From: Callorhinchus milii
Taxonomy: Eukaryota
Reading direction: 5' to 3'
Length of the DNA: 64,000 nucleotides
Assembly (NCBI RefSeq): GCF_018977255.1
Contig: NW_024704745.1
Location: 68,448,001 to 68,512,000 of the forward strand
Made by a program: the position numbers and the translations under genes. Below, in pieces: positions 12,358-25,634 of this stretch (its first letter is position 1; each line of letters starts with the position of its first letter). The notes under the pieces were generated by a model. It made no database searches and was not told the origin of the DNA. It saw only the letters and a list, made by a program, of their open reading frames with translations.

Positions 12358-15300
12358 TAATTGGTATCCCAAATGCAATTATTGCAACTAAATACTTCCT
12401 GGTGTCTGTCTTAAAAATGCCAATCACAGCCCTGAACCTCAGAGTTCTTGTTGCCTTGAGTATCTGAAAGTATTGTTCTCAGTTTACTTCATCCCATTTA
12501 GCATTTTATAGACATCTGTAAGGTTTCCTCTGAGACATCTCTTTTCAAGGCTGAAAACTTGAACTTCTAACACTAAGAATCATCCTTGTTGCTCTCCTCT
12601 GTACTGGCTCTAGGGTATGTGTTTGCTCCTTATGTTGCAGAGACCATAACGTACATAATACTCCAAATGCATCTCAAATAGAGCACTCTACATCTTATAT
12701 ATACAATCAACACTGCAAAGGACTTTTGGGGATCTGAGCTCAGTCAATTTGGGTTAGAATCCAAGTCCAGACTGGTGAGATGAATGTATTATTTGTATTA
12801 TTTGTACCTCAGTGATTGTTTCAGTTTTTGCACAGGTCCATGGAAACATTGGATAAACGATGGACTGGAAAAAAAACCTTTCAAAGCTGCAAACGTCCAT
12901 GCAATAAATTCTACATGTACTGCATGTAGTTTGACGGAAGGCTCTTGTTCCCAGTTTGGATGAATTATTTGCCCAGCGAGGCACTGGATGTGTGCATTAG
13001 AGAACTTTTCACTTTTTGTCAGCTACTGTCAGCCTTCAGTACTTACAGCTGTAACACAGGGCAGATGCAGGGAAAACGTTCCCCCTGCTCTGATCGTCAA
13101 TCTGTCGCGATGAAGAAATTGAATTTAAATAGAAAATAGTGTTTTGTGCAAGCAGTCAGTCAACAGCGGGTTAATCCCAACCTCTTAAACAAAAGAGGTT
13201 GGGATTAACCTGCACCAGGGGTACAACTTTCATTTTCCAAATCAGTCAGTCATCACTTCAGGCCTCACTAAGACAGACGGCTAATTCAGTGCTGAATTGG
13301 GGGCAGTTTTGCACAGTGGATTCACATGGACCATAAACTGTGTTGAGTTTGTTCAATTTAATTTCACATTAGACCCTGAAACCCTGCAAAGAGAGAGGCC
13401 ATTCATCTCACCAGTCTGGACTTGGATTGTAACCCAGGTCAATTGGTGAAAGGACAACTTGCAAAACTGTTGCGTCACCCTATAATATGAATCCTTTTAA
13501 CAACTTTTGCCAATAGCTCGATATAAGTAAAACACTGAACTGTTTATATGAAATTGTACAAATGGAACAGTGGACCACACTGTTTAAAGCCCAATAGTCT
13601 GGTGACCTTAGCCACTTATTTTGCATTTAAGCATACAATATTTTTTTCTAAAAAAAATTGAATCTTCCCTTGTCGTTGCTCAGACCTGGAGGGTGGCAAT
13701 TAAATGGTTCGGGGTCTGCTCATCTTTTGAACGATGCATAAAGGATTCAGTTTAAGAGTTTAATTCCAAGGCTAATTAATTCTTTTCATTCATTGGGAAC
13801 ATTCTACTTTAACCCATTACTGAAGCTTTCTTATTCCAATACAAAAAAACATAAGTCTTTAATTAAAATTCACATTCAGATGTGGCCATGATATACAAAG
13901 ATAACTTTATCTGTCCCACGCTGCCAAGTATTGTAATCTTTAATTTTTGAACCAGCTTGTCGTTTCTAACTGTACAAAGTCACCACACAAATGCAAATAT
14001 TGGAAGCTAAAATGCAAGCAGAATGAAAGGTGAGTACCATTACCCTATCTGTCAGACAAAATTAATATGATTCTGAATAATGGGATGAGCAGATGGAGGT
14101 TACAAGGCACTGACACAATTGAGGGATTTAGATAATAGACATCATCAAAGAGAAAATGTGGAGTGATTTATGTTGAGGTTTTATCTGCACTCCGAGATAA
14201 CATTGGTGCATTACTGAAAGGAGTAGATTCTGAGTATGTCATATGGGGTGAGGTGGGTAGAGTGAATTCATGTCTCACCCACCACTATGATGGCATATGC
14301 CCATTGGAGCTCAGTAACATCACTATAAGGTGCATCCCTCTTCAACAACAGCAATGAGCAATCTTCATGCCATGCCAAGCCAAATCTGCTTTCAGTTGCT
14401 CCACTGGTGACTGTGGACAGTTTTCTGCTATGGATTTTTTATCCAATATTAATCTGTGCATGACATACCCCATTATCATGCTCTCAGTTCTAAAACCTTT
14501 AACCTTGGTTCATGTTTTTTTCAGGTTATGCTTGAACAGTGTCAATGGGATATTCACTGTAACATGCACTTCCTTATAAACGTCAAGAGTTTGGCTCTCA
14601 GACTCCATTGCAATGAAGAGCACAGTGCTTCATTGGTAGAATAACAGATATCCTCTCGTGACACATTCTAGGTAACATGATCGAATGGTTCTGATGAAAT
14701 CATAGACTCCAGGGAGGTCAGGTCAAGCATTGTCTGAACCTTCGCAGGAACCCTGAGATAGTGTTACAGCCTTGAAAAACATTTCTTTCATACCCAAGAA
14801 TTGCCAGAGGATTAAACATGAATTGTTGAAGTTATATTGCTGTAGAAACTGGTCGAGTTCACAAATCAATGCAAAAAAATGCACAGTGAATGGTACGAGT
14901 GTTTGCAAAGGGCTGAGTGTGACTGTGCCAGTGGATTAGCCTTTACAGCGTGACTAGAGCCTGACTGGAATGATACGATGCGACACGACTCACAATACGA
15001 TATACTGCACTATATTTCAAAATTTTTATACTAAAGAGTAAAATGTCTCCACACGTATCATACAATTCTAACAATCTCATGACAGAAAGTAAGATGTTTC
15101 TTTTGAAAACTGTTTTTCTGCACTAAAGACTTGTAGTTTCAGGGCTTGATCCAGTTCTGCATCCGGATTACATGCACCCAACAAAAAGGTAATATTTCAG
15201 ACGGTGCGTGAACAGTTGAAGAATCTTAATCAGTTTCCCTGGTGGCTTACTGGGCAAAGTCACTTCCAGTGCAGTGTATCACCGAATCGTAGAGACAAGA

Positions 15301-15807
15301 ATATTGCCAGTTCAAATCTCTCTCTGTGTTGAGTCAACTGATCTGTCACTGGGAAGTTACAATTGGCCTCAGAGCCCTTGGTTTAGGGAGAGGGAAATTA
15401 GCACTCCAATCACTGTCGAGAGAGCCTGCTGTAAAGTTGTCAGAGGAAAGGACAGCTGAGGACAGTTCATGGTAGCAAAGTCATGGAGTATTATCTATTA
15501 CTGCTAAATCCATGTTAATGACCCTCTTTAGATGAGAACCAATAATCTATTCAATGCTAAACTATTTTCCCATCAGACATCACATTCATTGGTAATTTCC
15601 ATGCTTTAGTCTCACTCCTTTTTTGGACAGCAGAATAACATTTGCTCTCCTCCGGTCTTTAGGTACAGTTCCAAAAACATGAATCAAGTCTCGCCTCTTT
15701 CCTTCTCTTGAGGAACCTCGTCTGTTATCCTCTCTGGCCTAGTTCTTCATTGCACAAATTCTATGAATACTTGTGTTAATCATCCTTCTGCTCCAGGTTA
15801 ATCCTAG

Positions 15808-16109
15808 TAATAATAATAATCCTTGCATTTGATATAGCGCTTTTCATGTATTCTAGATGTCTCAAAGCGCTTCATAGAATAGACTGTAAAATGAATTTGT
15901 GGGCGAAATGCGGCAGCCAATTGCGCACAGCAGTGTCCCACAAACAGTTGTGGATTGAAGTGACCAATTTATTATTGTTTATTTTCTTGAGGGATTATTA
16001 TCAGGCGTGTGGAGTAACAAAACTTGCCCAAGGTTTCACCCTGCCGGGAAACGAACCCAGGTCTCTCGCTTGCTAAGTGAGTGCTCTAACCACTGAGCTA
16101 CAAGACTCC
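15808..16109 (-). mobile_element. tRNA-Ala-headed SINE, short subfamily, full length
   Basis: Minus strand GGAGTCTTGTAGCTCAGTGGTTAGAGCACTC..GACCTGGGTTCG (A and B boxes) through AAATGCAAGGA(TTA)n. Confidence 0.9.
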
Positions 16110-18030
16110 AGGAGGCAAGGGGCAACCCCAGGCTCCTGTTCTCCACCACCAATTGGCTCCTCCGTCCTCCCTGCCATGCCTCGCAGATTCTTTCCTCCGA
16201 CTCTCACTGTGAGAAAATGCTGGACTTCGAGTCCAAAATCGAGGGAATCCGCTCAGCTGCCACTGCCCTCCCAACATCCACACCCTCCCTACCCCCACAC
16301 ACTCCCGACCACTACTCATCCCTCCTTCCACACCTTTGAACCTGTCACCTCCTCCTCTGTCATCACCACCATACCCTCCATGAAGCTCACCATCTCTCCC
16401 TGGACCCCATCCCTACCCCTCTCCTTAAATCCCAGCTCCAACTCCTTGCCCCACTAGTCACTGACATCATCAACCTCTCCCTGTCATCTGGCCCTGTTCC
16501 TACCCCCCACAAAACAGCCACTATCACCCCCACCTTGAAGAAACCTTCCCTTGACCCATCACAGCTATCCAGCTACCAGACCCTCTTCAAGCTCTCTTTT
16601 CTGTCGAAGGTCCTTGAGAGAGCCGTTGCCTCCCAGCTTCGCTCTTTCCTCTCCTCCCACTTCCTCCATGAGCCCCTCCATTCGGGTTTCCATGCTGCCC
16701 ACAGCACAGAAACTGCTCTGGTCAAGGTCACAAACGACATCCTCACCATGTGTGACCACGTCTCCCTCTGCCTCCTCGTCTTCCTCGACCTCTCCGGCGC
16801 CTTTGATACTGTGGACCATTCAATCCTCCTCCTCCGCCTCTCGTCCCACCTCAATCTTCAAGGTTCTGTCCTTGACTGGTTCAGGTCCTACTTTTCACAC
16901 CACCGCCACTTCGTCTCAGCAGACGGCTTCTCTTCCAGCCCCCGCACTGTCTCATGCGGTGTTCCTCAGGACTCTGTCCTCGGTGCCCTCCTCTTCACCT
17001 TCTACATGCTCCCCTTGGTGACATCATCCACAGACATGTGGTAAATTTCCACATGTATGTGGATGACACCCAACTCTATCTCTCTGCCTCCACCCTCAAC
17101 TCCAGGACTACTGGCGTCCTGACCGACTACCTGTCCGACATCAAGTCCTGGATGAGGGACAACTTTCTCCAATGAACATCAGCAAGACCGAGGCCATCCT
17201 GATTGGCTCGTGCCAGCGCCTCCGCACTTCCAGCGCTGGCAGCATCAACCTCCATGGCTGCACACTCAACCTCACTAATCCAGTCAGGAACCTGGGTGTC
17301 TTGTTTGACCCTGAACTGTCCCTTCTCCCTCACATCTGCGCTATGACCGGCACTGCCTACCACCACCTCCACAACATTGCCAGACTCTGCCACTGCCTCA
17401 CCCCTCAGGCTGACGAAACCCTCACCCACACATTCGTCACATCAAGGCTCGATTATGGAAACTCCCTCCTCATCGGCCTTCCCAACTCTTCCCTTCACAA
17501 GATGCAGATCATCCAAAACTCTGCAGCTCATATACTCTTGAGCACCAGGCTCCGTGACCCCATCACTCACACCCTCGCCCGACTCCACTGGCTCCCCATC
17601 CCTCAGAGGATCGAATTCAAGATCCTCGTCCTTACCTTCAAGGCCATCCATGACCTTGCCCCCTCCTACCTCTGACCTGCTGACTCTCTACTAACCTGCC
17701 TGCTCCCTACCAACCTGCCCCCTCCTACCTCTCTGACCTGCTGACTCCCTACCATCGGTGGCCGGGCTTTCAGCCTCTCTGCCCCCATACTCTGGAACTC
17801 CATCCCACAGTCCCTTCACCTAACTTCCTCCCTTGCCTCCTTCAAGGTCAGTCTCAAGACCTTCCTCTTCGATCGTGCCTTCAGTGGCCCTCCCACCTCT
17901 CTGCCTTCCCTCACCCCTACTCCATCCCTCCCCCATGCTTGGGTCCTGACCCCTGACTGTCCAGGGCCTTGGGACATCCTCCGGACGTGAAAGGCCCTTT
18001 ATAAATGTAATTTTGTTGTTTGTTGTTGTT
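16110..18030 (+). mobile_element. 5'-truncated, frameshifted L2 LINE (RT domain to 3' tail)
   Basis: Fragments KKPSLDP..LSFLSKVLERAV..HSGFHAAHSTETAL..LDLSGAFDTVDH..CGVPQDSVLG, FHMYVDDTQLY, VRNLGVLFD, TSRLDYGNSLL, LHWLPIPQRIEFKIL; tail ..GTGAAAGGCCCTTTATAAATGTAATTT(TGT)n. Confidence 0.95.
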
Positions 18031-18724
18031 CCTGAGCCAAAATAGCTGGACTTGGAATTTGACCATAATCTTCATTTATAGGAACTCATTGTCCTAATTT
18101 GTTTCAACATAGTCGCAAACAGTACAAAATGGGGGCGGTAAATCCATCGCGTCAGAAGAAAGATGGGCAGATAGTTTAGATTTAACCTCTTTGGAAAGAG
18201 AATGGTGAATAGTGGAGATAGAGTTGAGAGATTGGACTACCCATTGAGGAGGTGGAGGCAGACAGTGTCAGCGGATCCCAGAGGGAACTGGTCAACTATT
18301 TGGCAAAGAAGGGCCAAAAAATTTGGCTGTCGCATTTCGCCCACAAATATACAGTCAATATATAATCAATTCACTTTATAGTATATTTTGTGAAGCACTT
18401 TGAGACATCTAGAAAGCATGAAAAGCACTATATCAAATGCAAGGATTATTATTATTATTATTACAAGGATGATTACTATTTTTGATTATTATATATTAGT
18501 TGAGCAGTAAGAGAAATAATATTTGGTTTTGACATAGCTTCTGTAACACTGAAATGTTTCATAGTGCTTCATAGATAATTTTAATCAAATCTAGTGACTG
18601 CTTTTGTAGGCAAACATAGCAGCCAACAATCACACAGGAGTAGCCAATGAATCTCAATTCTCTTTTCCAGTCTCCAGGCTTCTCTGATTGAAAAATCTGC
18701 CATCTCTTGATCTTTTACATGTCA

Positions 18725-19165
18725 TTCTTGGCTCACTTGGTAGTGCTCTCATTTCTGAGTCAGAAGGTTGTGGGTTCAAGCCCCAAGTCAGGACTTTGAC
18801 TCCCATAGTCAAGGCTGTTATTCCAATGCAGTGCTGGGATGTCCTGCAGAAGAGATGTTAAACCAAGATCCATCTGTCTGTTCAGGTGGACAAAGAATGT
18901 CAACCTCTAGCACCTTTCACGTTGGGAGGACGCTTCACAGGATACTGTAGTGACTATTTGTCAGCAACCACAGCAGTCAATTTGCACTTAGCAATGTCCC
19001 TGAAACAGCCATGAAGTGACCAATTTTATTTGGGGAATTTGTTGGCCAGGACACTGGTAAAAACTTCCTTCTCTTTTCGAATAGTTGATGGGATCTTTAA
19101 CATTCACATGAGCAGGCAGATAGCACCTCGGTTGAACGTCTCTTCCAAAGGACGGGACCTCCATT
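18725..19165. mobile_element. Two Deu-SINE fragments in opposite orientation (+ 18725-18895; - 18905-19165)
   Basis: Head CTGAGTCAGAAGGTTGTGGGTTCAAG then GTTCAGGTGGA on +; GGGATCTTTAACATTCAC (reverse-complement core) on -. Confidence 0.65.
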
Positions 19166-19408
19166 TTCAGCTGTTGTGGTCTTGCCGTTTCTTTTTTCCT
19201 CACGTGGATGTAGTTTCTCTCTACCGCCCGTAAAATGATCTTAAAAGAATACCATAATGTTCTTCTTTGTTAAAATTCCTTTTGCATCTGCATCAACTCC
19301 TCACTCTGCTTCCCACTTAATCCTCCTGAGATTTCTCACTGTGCCATCCTGATTTATGTTAACAAAAATGTGAGGTTTTCAAAACAGGAAACAATGTGCC
19401 AGAGATGC

Positions 19409-19431
19409 TTTATTACAACAACAGTTTTATT
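19409..19431 (-). terminator. Candidate tandem poly(A) signals for the ATP8A transcript
   Basis: Two minus-strand AATAAA (plus-strand TTTATT at 19409-19414 and 19426-19431), followed on - by U/GU-rich TTGTTTCCTGTTTTG, ~2.2 kb after the stop codon. Confidence 0.45.
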
Positions 19432-21625
19432 AGGATTTTTTTGGGTTTTGTTAACAAGCAGATCAAGTGTTTTCAAAAGCTTTAAAATAATTACCTACTG
19501 TACTCACTAACACCACTGCCAAACGGTTCAACCTAATTGGAATGCATTCCAAGAGATGGAAATAACCACTGCAATTTATTATTGTATTAAACCTACTGGA
19601 GGACATCAATGGGACAAGAAAACTGTGCAACACTGCTAGAAAAATATACACACCTACGGAGCTCCTGCTGCTCTGCAGGGAGCTAATTAACCATTACACC
19701 CACAGCGTCGCTCCATTCTGCAGACACAAAAACATAGTTCTAAAAGGATACTTTAAACAGCTCAACCTACAGAAGTGACAAGAGACGAACATTTTTAACC
19801 CAGTGATAAGCTACAGATCCAGGTTCTGTCAGTCTTACCAGTCCTTGGTAATTGAGAGGTTGCTATTAAGGAAAGTGGAAATGCTCAATGATGGGACTCC
19901 TGTGCTGGATACATACAGTTTTCTTCAAAGTCATGGTTAATGTAAAACAAAAACTGTGGTTGTCACATTATTTAGATTTTGAACATTAATAACGTTAATG
20001 GTAATGGAAAAAATAAAGACATCTCACAAGAGGCAAGAACAAATCATGCAAAACGACTTTTTTTTTAATTCAACATTTGTACATTTTTGATATTTCATTC
20101 CTATAGTGTGGAAAAGCTGGTCTGGTTCTATGCCAAGATCCGCTAAGTGTTAAACATAAATTGATTCCACAGCAAGCAGGGGCTCAGCCAAGGAGGTTAG
20201 TTCTGATCTCTTTGTTTCAAGTTTTAGATAAATAAATAATCCTTGAGTTTGATATTGCAGCTTTCACGTCGGGAGGACGTCACAAAGCGCTTCACATGAT
20301 AACAATAATAATCCTTGCATTTGATATAGCGCCTCATCACGTTGTTGAGACATCTCAAAACGCTTCACAGCATATCCTACAGAATATAGTATATTCTGTG
20401 AAGTGTAGGTACTGTGTATATTTGTAGGCAAATGCCCACAAAATCTCCAATTCGGAACTAAAATTATAAGGGCATTCCAGTGTTGAATCATTCTTTTGTG
20501 TTAAAGGAAACAAATGCTTCTTATTTGCTATCTTTCCTCTTGTGTGCTCTCTGCGAGTACAGCACAGGTCCCGGGCAGGTGGGTGGGTGGAACAGACATG
20601 AGAAAGCAGCCTGCACAAACTCTGCTTCTCTCTGGCCAGTGCATCTCAGGCGTGCAGCCAAGGGTGGAATCTCACTCACTCAGCTACGCAACACAGCGAT
20701 CCAACACTCGTTACCTTTCCAATATGCAGAGCGTCCCATATTAAATTAAAAATAATAAAGTCTCCCCCTCTCCTCATACAGACTATTGTGAATGAAGAAC
20801 CTTTGATTTAGCCTGATTTTAACATTTCAGATGTGACGTGAAAGCTGCATCAGGATGTGACAAAGAATCATCACTGCAGGTGTTATAACAGAGGATACAA
20901 GAGAGAATTCGGGAAGCTGATCCAAAAGGGTTCATTACAAGCCTGAGCATCGGATCCGATCTCAGCATCCTATAGTGTGAGTAACCAGCTACTTTACATC
21001 AGATACTGCACTGCACGTTCAATTGACAAGCCATGTACGTGATTTATAATTGTTTTGCCCCAGCATGCACAACATCTCACTTAGGCATGCAGTAACTTCC
21101 ACCAGGGAGGGCTTATGTGCCACCCTGCCTCCCCTTTTATTTTACATCTCCCACTTCCGAATGGGCAATTGAATACAGTCTTCAACCTTTTTGAGTGGAT
21201 CAAATGAGATAAATACATACAGCATTTGCTCCATTCGACACATCCCTCCAACTCAATTACAAAGAAAGTCAGCCAACTGGAGATATTTTGGAATTTGTTT
21301 TGGGGGAGCCAGAGTTCCAACAGTTCCATTGGGTTCTGCAGTAGATACGGTACTGTGTTAAATGAGTGGATTTCTCACAAGCACCTACAATCAGACATCA
21401 TTAAACGATCTAAACTCAACGGCAACACAAAAATAATTTTCTTACAGCATTCGATTTGAGTCGGTAGAGGTCAGTGCGAGAATAAATAAAAGTCAAGCTG
21501 GTTGGCTAAGGCCACAGAAATGAGGATCCCGTTCTTTTGGCTGCTGCTGATTATGGTCTGTATTGATGGCTGATGCACTTAGATATCTTACACGCTTTCA
21601 CCAGTCCGAAGTACGGTAACGCTGC

Positions 21626-21723
21626 TTACTCTGCATCAACCTTGTTTTTGGTGGTGTCGTATGATCGGACGAGTTCTGACTGTGAAACCACACCATATTC
21701 CTCTTGAGAAAATGCATAACCAT
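21626..21723 (-). CDS. ATP8A2: P4-ATPase phospholipid flippase ATP8A2-like, last coding exon
   Basis: Acceptor TTTTTTTATGCTGCAG|; (H)[31 protein letters not shown], containing the GYAFS tail motif of ATP8A1/2; 98 nt, phase fits the upstream exon. Confidence 0.92.
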
Positions 21724-21777
21724 CTGCAGCATAAAAAAAACAATGATGAAAAAATGTAATACATAATCATTCCCCCC

Positions 21778-21957
21778 ACGTTTCGCCCACAAAAATGCAG
21801 TAAATTCACTTTACAGCATATTCTGTGAAGTGCTCTGAGACATCTAGGGACGTCCTCCTGACGTGAAAGGCGCGATATAAATGTAATTTTGTTGTTGTTG
21901 TTGTTGTCGTCTAGAAGACGTGAAAAGCGCTATATCAAATGCAAGGATTATTATTAT
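21778..21957 (+). mobile_element. SINE tail with a nested 60-bp L2 tail (21848-21907)
   Basis: SINE tail interrupted by GGACGTCCTCCTGACGTGAAAGGCGCGATATAAATGTAATTT(TGT)n. Confidence 0.8.
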
Positions 21958-21964
21958 ATTCCAT

Positions 21965-22425
21965 TTGATAAGAACACCTTTCAAGTCACTATGACGTCTC
22001 AAAGTGCTTCACAGGATAATACTGTAAAGTGCAGTTACTTTGTACCTTGCAAACAAAGACAGCAGCCGTTTTGTGCACAGCAACAACAACAACTTGGATT
22101 TATATAGCACTCTCCACGCCGGAGGGCAAACAACTATGAAGTGAATGACCAATTTTATTTGGGGGATAGTTGGCCAGGACACTGAGAGAAACTCCCTTCT
22201 CTTTTTGGATAGTGTCATGGGTTATTTAAGTATCCACCCGAACAGACAGACAGATCCAAGGTTCAAATTCTCATCCGAAGGACGGTACATTTAATGATGT
22301 AGCACAACCCCAGCACTGCATTGGAGTGTCAGCCTGGACTATGAGTTCAAAGTGCCTATTTGGGGCTTGAACCCACACCTTTTGACTCAGAGGCGGGAAT
22401 ATTACCAACTGAACCAAGCTGATAG
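21965..22425 (-). mobile_element. Deu-domain SINE
   Basis: Reverse-complement Deu core and head (GGCTTGAACCCACACCTTTTGACTCAGAG). Confidence 0.75.
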
Positions 22426-22584
22426 TGTTGAAGTGTTTGCTTTGCAGGGTCTATTTCTATCTGTTCTGAGGTCGGCGTAGTTTATTTCCACATAAAAACT
22501 TTTTTAAACTTCCCATTGTTGCTTGTAAGGTCTAAACTTCTTAATAGTGACAGCTCTTCAATTGGTTTTATTATGTTATTCCCA

Positions 22585-23306
22585 TTCCTCTTCAACCCCT
22601 AGCTAGCCTTCAAATTCCACATTCATGCCGTGACCCATTGTGCCTTTCCAACTCTCCACAAATTGCCCATCTCCGCCATTACCTCTCACCGCAGGCTGCC
22701 AAGTCCCTGATCCACACTTTCATTACATCCCAGCTTGACTACGCCAACTGCCTGCTGACTGGACTTCCCAACTCTTTCCTCCACAAGCTGCAGATTATTC
22801 AGCACTCTGCTGCTTGTGTCCTCTCCCGCACCAGGCTCCGGGAACTTGTCACCCCTGTTCTTGCCCAGCTTCACTGGCTCCCCAGCCCTCAGAGAATCGA
22901 GTACAAAACCCTCATTCTTGCCTTCAAGGCCCTCCACTATCTTGCTCTCCCCTACCTCTCCGACCTCATAACCCCATATCAGCCAGTCCGCTCCCTCCGC
23001 TCGGCAGCCTGCTTCAGGTCCCCCCACTTCCTGCCCCACCACTGATGGTCAGGCATTCAGCATCTCTGCCCCCACACTCTGGAATTCTATCCCACAATCC
23101 CTCCACCTCACCCCCTCTCTTCCCTCCCGTCTGAAGACCTTCCTCTTCGACTGTGCCTTCAGCCACCCTCTCCCACCACACCCACCCCCTACCCCCCTCC
23201 CTTTCTGACCCCACATCCCAGCCTGGGTCCAAAACCTGATTGTCCAGTGCCCTGGGACGTCCTTCTGACATGAAAGGCGCTCTACAAGTGTAATTTGTTG
23301 TTGTTG
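22585..23306 (+). mobile_element. L2 LINE 3' fragment
   Basis: HTFITSQLDYANCLL..LAQLHWLPSPQRIEYKTL; (TTG)n tail at ~23295-23306. Confidence 0.92.
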
Positions 23307-23307
23307 A

Positions 23308-23800
23308 ACCCTGCAAGTCAAAGCCCTAACAGGTCGGGTGATTGTAGATAGACAAGCAGCAGGAAGCTTGCTAGTCAGTGCTCTCAATGGCAAGCTATGC
23401 AATTATTAGCTGGTTGAACTCCAGCAGTATCATAACGCACACTGGGGTCCCTGAGCCATAGCTTTTGCCAACCTACGTCTAATGGTTTCTGGAATTAGGT
23501 AAGCAAGATGTATTAGGTCTTTCTCTTCAACCGTGCCTTCAGCTCCCCTCTCGACTCTCTACCCCCTCCTCGCTCCCTCCCTTCCCTCCCCTCACCCTGA
23601 TCATTTCGCCCCTGCTTGGGTCCCAACCCAACTGTCCAGCCCCTTGGGAGGTCCTCCCGACATGAAAGGCGCTCTAAAAATGAAATCTTGTTGATGTTGT
23701 TGTTGTAGGTGGCATACATATGTGGTACTCTGTCTGGTTTGGATACTCTTAAGCATTATGATGGGTTTATGCATGAGTCAGCCACCTGTTTGATAAAAAC
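23308..23800 (-). repeat. Unclassified interspersed repeat, interrupted by a + strand L2 tail (23513-23706)
   Basis: Homologous to 37200-37495, 42015-42340, 51458-51730, 58920-59160 and 59835-59965. Confidence 0.7.
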
Positions 23801-25634
23801 AAACTCCTTTCACCAAAGGAATGTGATCACATCATTCCGTATTTTACAACATTATTTTGCTTGAGTAATTTCGCAAAGTATTCACAGACAACAAGTTGCT
23901 GCTGATTTCAATACTGCTATATCACAAGACTGCCAGAGATGACAAAGGGAGGTTTGGATAAAGAAAGCCCTTTAACTAATTTGATCTAATCTTTTTAGAA
24001 CAGCAATCCTACCTTTTTAACCATTATACCATAAAATTGTTTGTCAAATGAGTCCAGAGTTCCAGCCTTTACCACTCTTTTTGGTAACTTGTTTCAGCTG
24101 TAAATTACTTTGTGGTGTCTGTCCCAAATTGCCCTTCATGACCCTGAACCTGTGCTCTCTTGTCCTGATGCCCTTGGGAGTATCTGAAAATAGTATGTGA
24201 ATGCTGTGAGCTTGGGACCTCATTTTAACGCATCGATTATAACACTGGTAGTGAGGAGTTCAAAATATAAATACATCTGAGAACAAGATGTCCCAAACTG
24301 CAAAGTTCTACCAGGGGGCGTCATATCTCTCCTCGCCACTCCTTCAGTTCCAAACACTTAAAAGAGAATTTCATGAATATTTCACTCAACGGAGCCCACT
24401 CCATCCTCTGGTGCTAATGACCATTGTTGAATGGAGGCCGGCAGATGTGTTTGTAGATCTGGCCACTTTGCTCACAGACTTTTTCTGTGGTTCCTACATC
24501 GCTGTTGTTTTTGGGCAACACAGCTCCCCCCACCCACCTCCCCCGCATGTGCGTGCAAGGTACATAATATTACCGAAACGAGAGATCCGACACTGAAAAG
24601 TGTCCAGTGAAGTTTGCCACCGGGGAAATGTACAGTCTCTTCATTACATGGCTGCCAGGGATAGTTCCCCTGGTGTCAGCCCCCAATAAACCTACTAACA
24701 GGAAGGCAGCAGAACACAGCAATCCTCAGTCACCCTCAACAGAAATAAGCACAAGACAGCTGCTCAGTGCCCTGAAGAGGAAGAGAAGGGTTGTTTCTGT
24801 TCAAAACAATGCACTCGTGTGTCTGTGTGGTCGTGGCATTTTCCCAGGTTTGAAATAGCTCAGCCAAAGTTTTACTTAGAATCCTGACAGGCTAGTCGCC
24901 TTGACCTTTACACCTTTGGAGGATGTGAATCTCTACGTTTCCTGCTGGGATACTGTGGGTTATTTTGCAATCGATATCCTAAATGGTTTAGAAATAATAG
25001 GTACATTATTCAACGGTAAGTTTCAGATTCTTCATTATTTCACTGAAGTGATCCTCTGAGCCCCAACAGCAAGGTCAGCAGGGGGAATCATAGGGGACCC
25101 TGTTTCTTAGAAGACTTTTCAAGCGGAAACTATGTAATTCCTTGCCCTTCCTGCTTCTCATAGAGCTGGGCACAAGCATGTGTAATTGCTGGTCTTGTTT
25201 CCCAATTTAATTCTTGATTTTAAGCGCTGCTCGCAAAATTGCAAAACAACATTTTGCGTTGGAAGAGAAGAAAAATATTCTAATGACAAACTAAAGATTG
25301 TAGATTATACTTCAGAAGTATCGATTCCCGACTTGGGAGAAAGGGATTTATGAATCCTGTTCAGTACGGCTTCGATACAATATGAGGTCCTAAGTTCATT
25401 TGCGGGGGTCAGTCAACAGGCACTGAAATTGCTCTTGAGGTAAGCAGTATAGTGACAGTACTTCACCCTGACATGGTTCCCAGCACCGGTTTTATGCATT
25501 TCCCTGTCTAGAGGAAAAACAGGATACTGCATGTCTCAGAACAACTGTGACCCTAGTAATGATGCCATTCAGGTAGAGGCAGAAGGGACGATGGGGATCA
25601 ACCTGCTTTGACATCTTGTTGTGGAGCTTAAACT

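Noticed and set aside
16077-17675. Active reverse-transcriptase gene
   Set aside because: 5'-truncated, several frameshifts and stops; inactive L2 copy.
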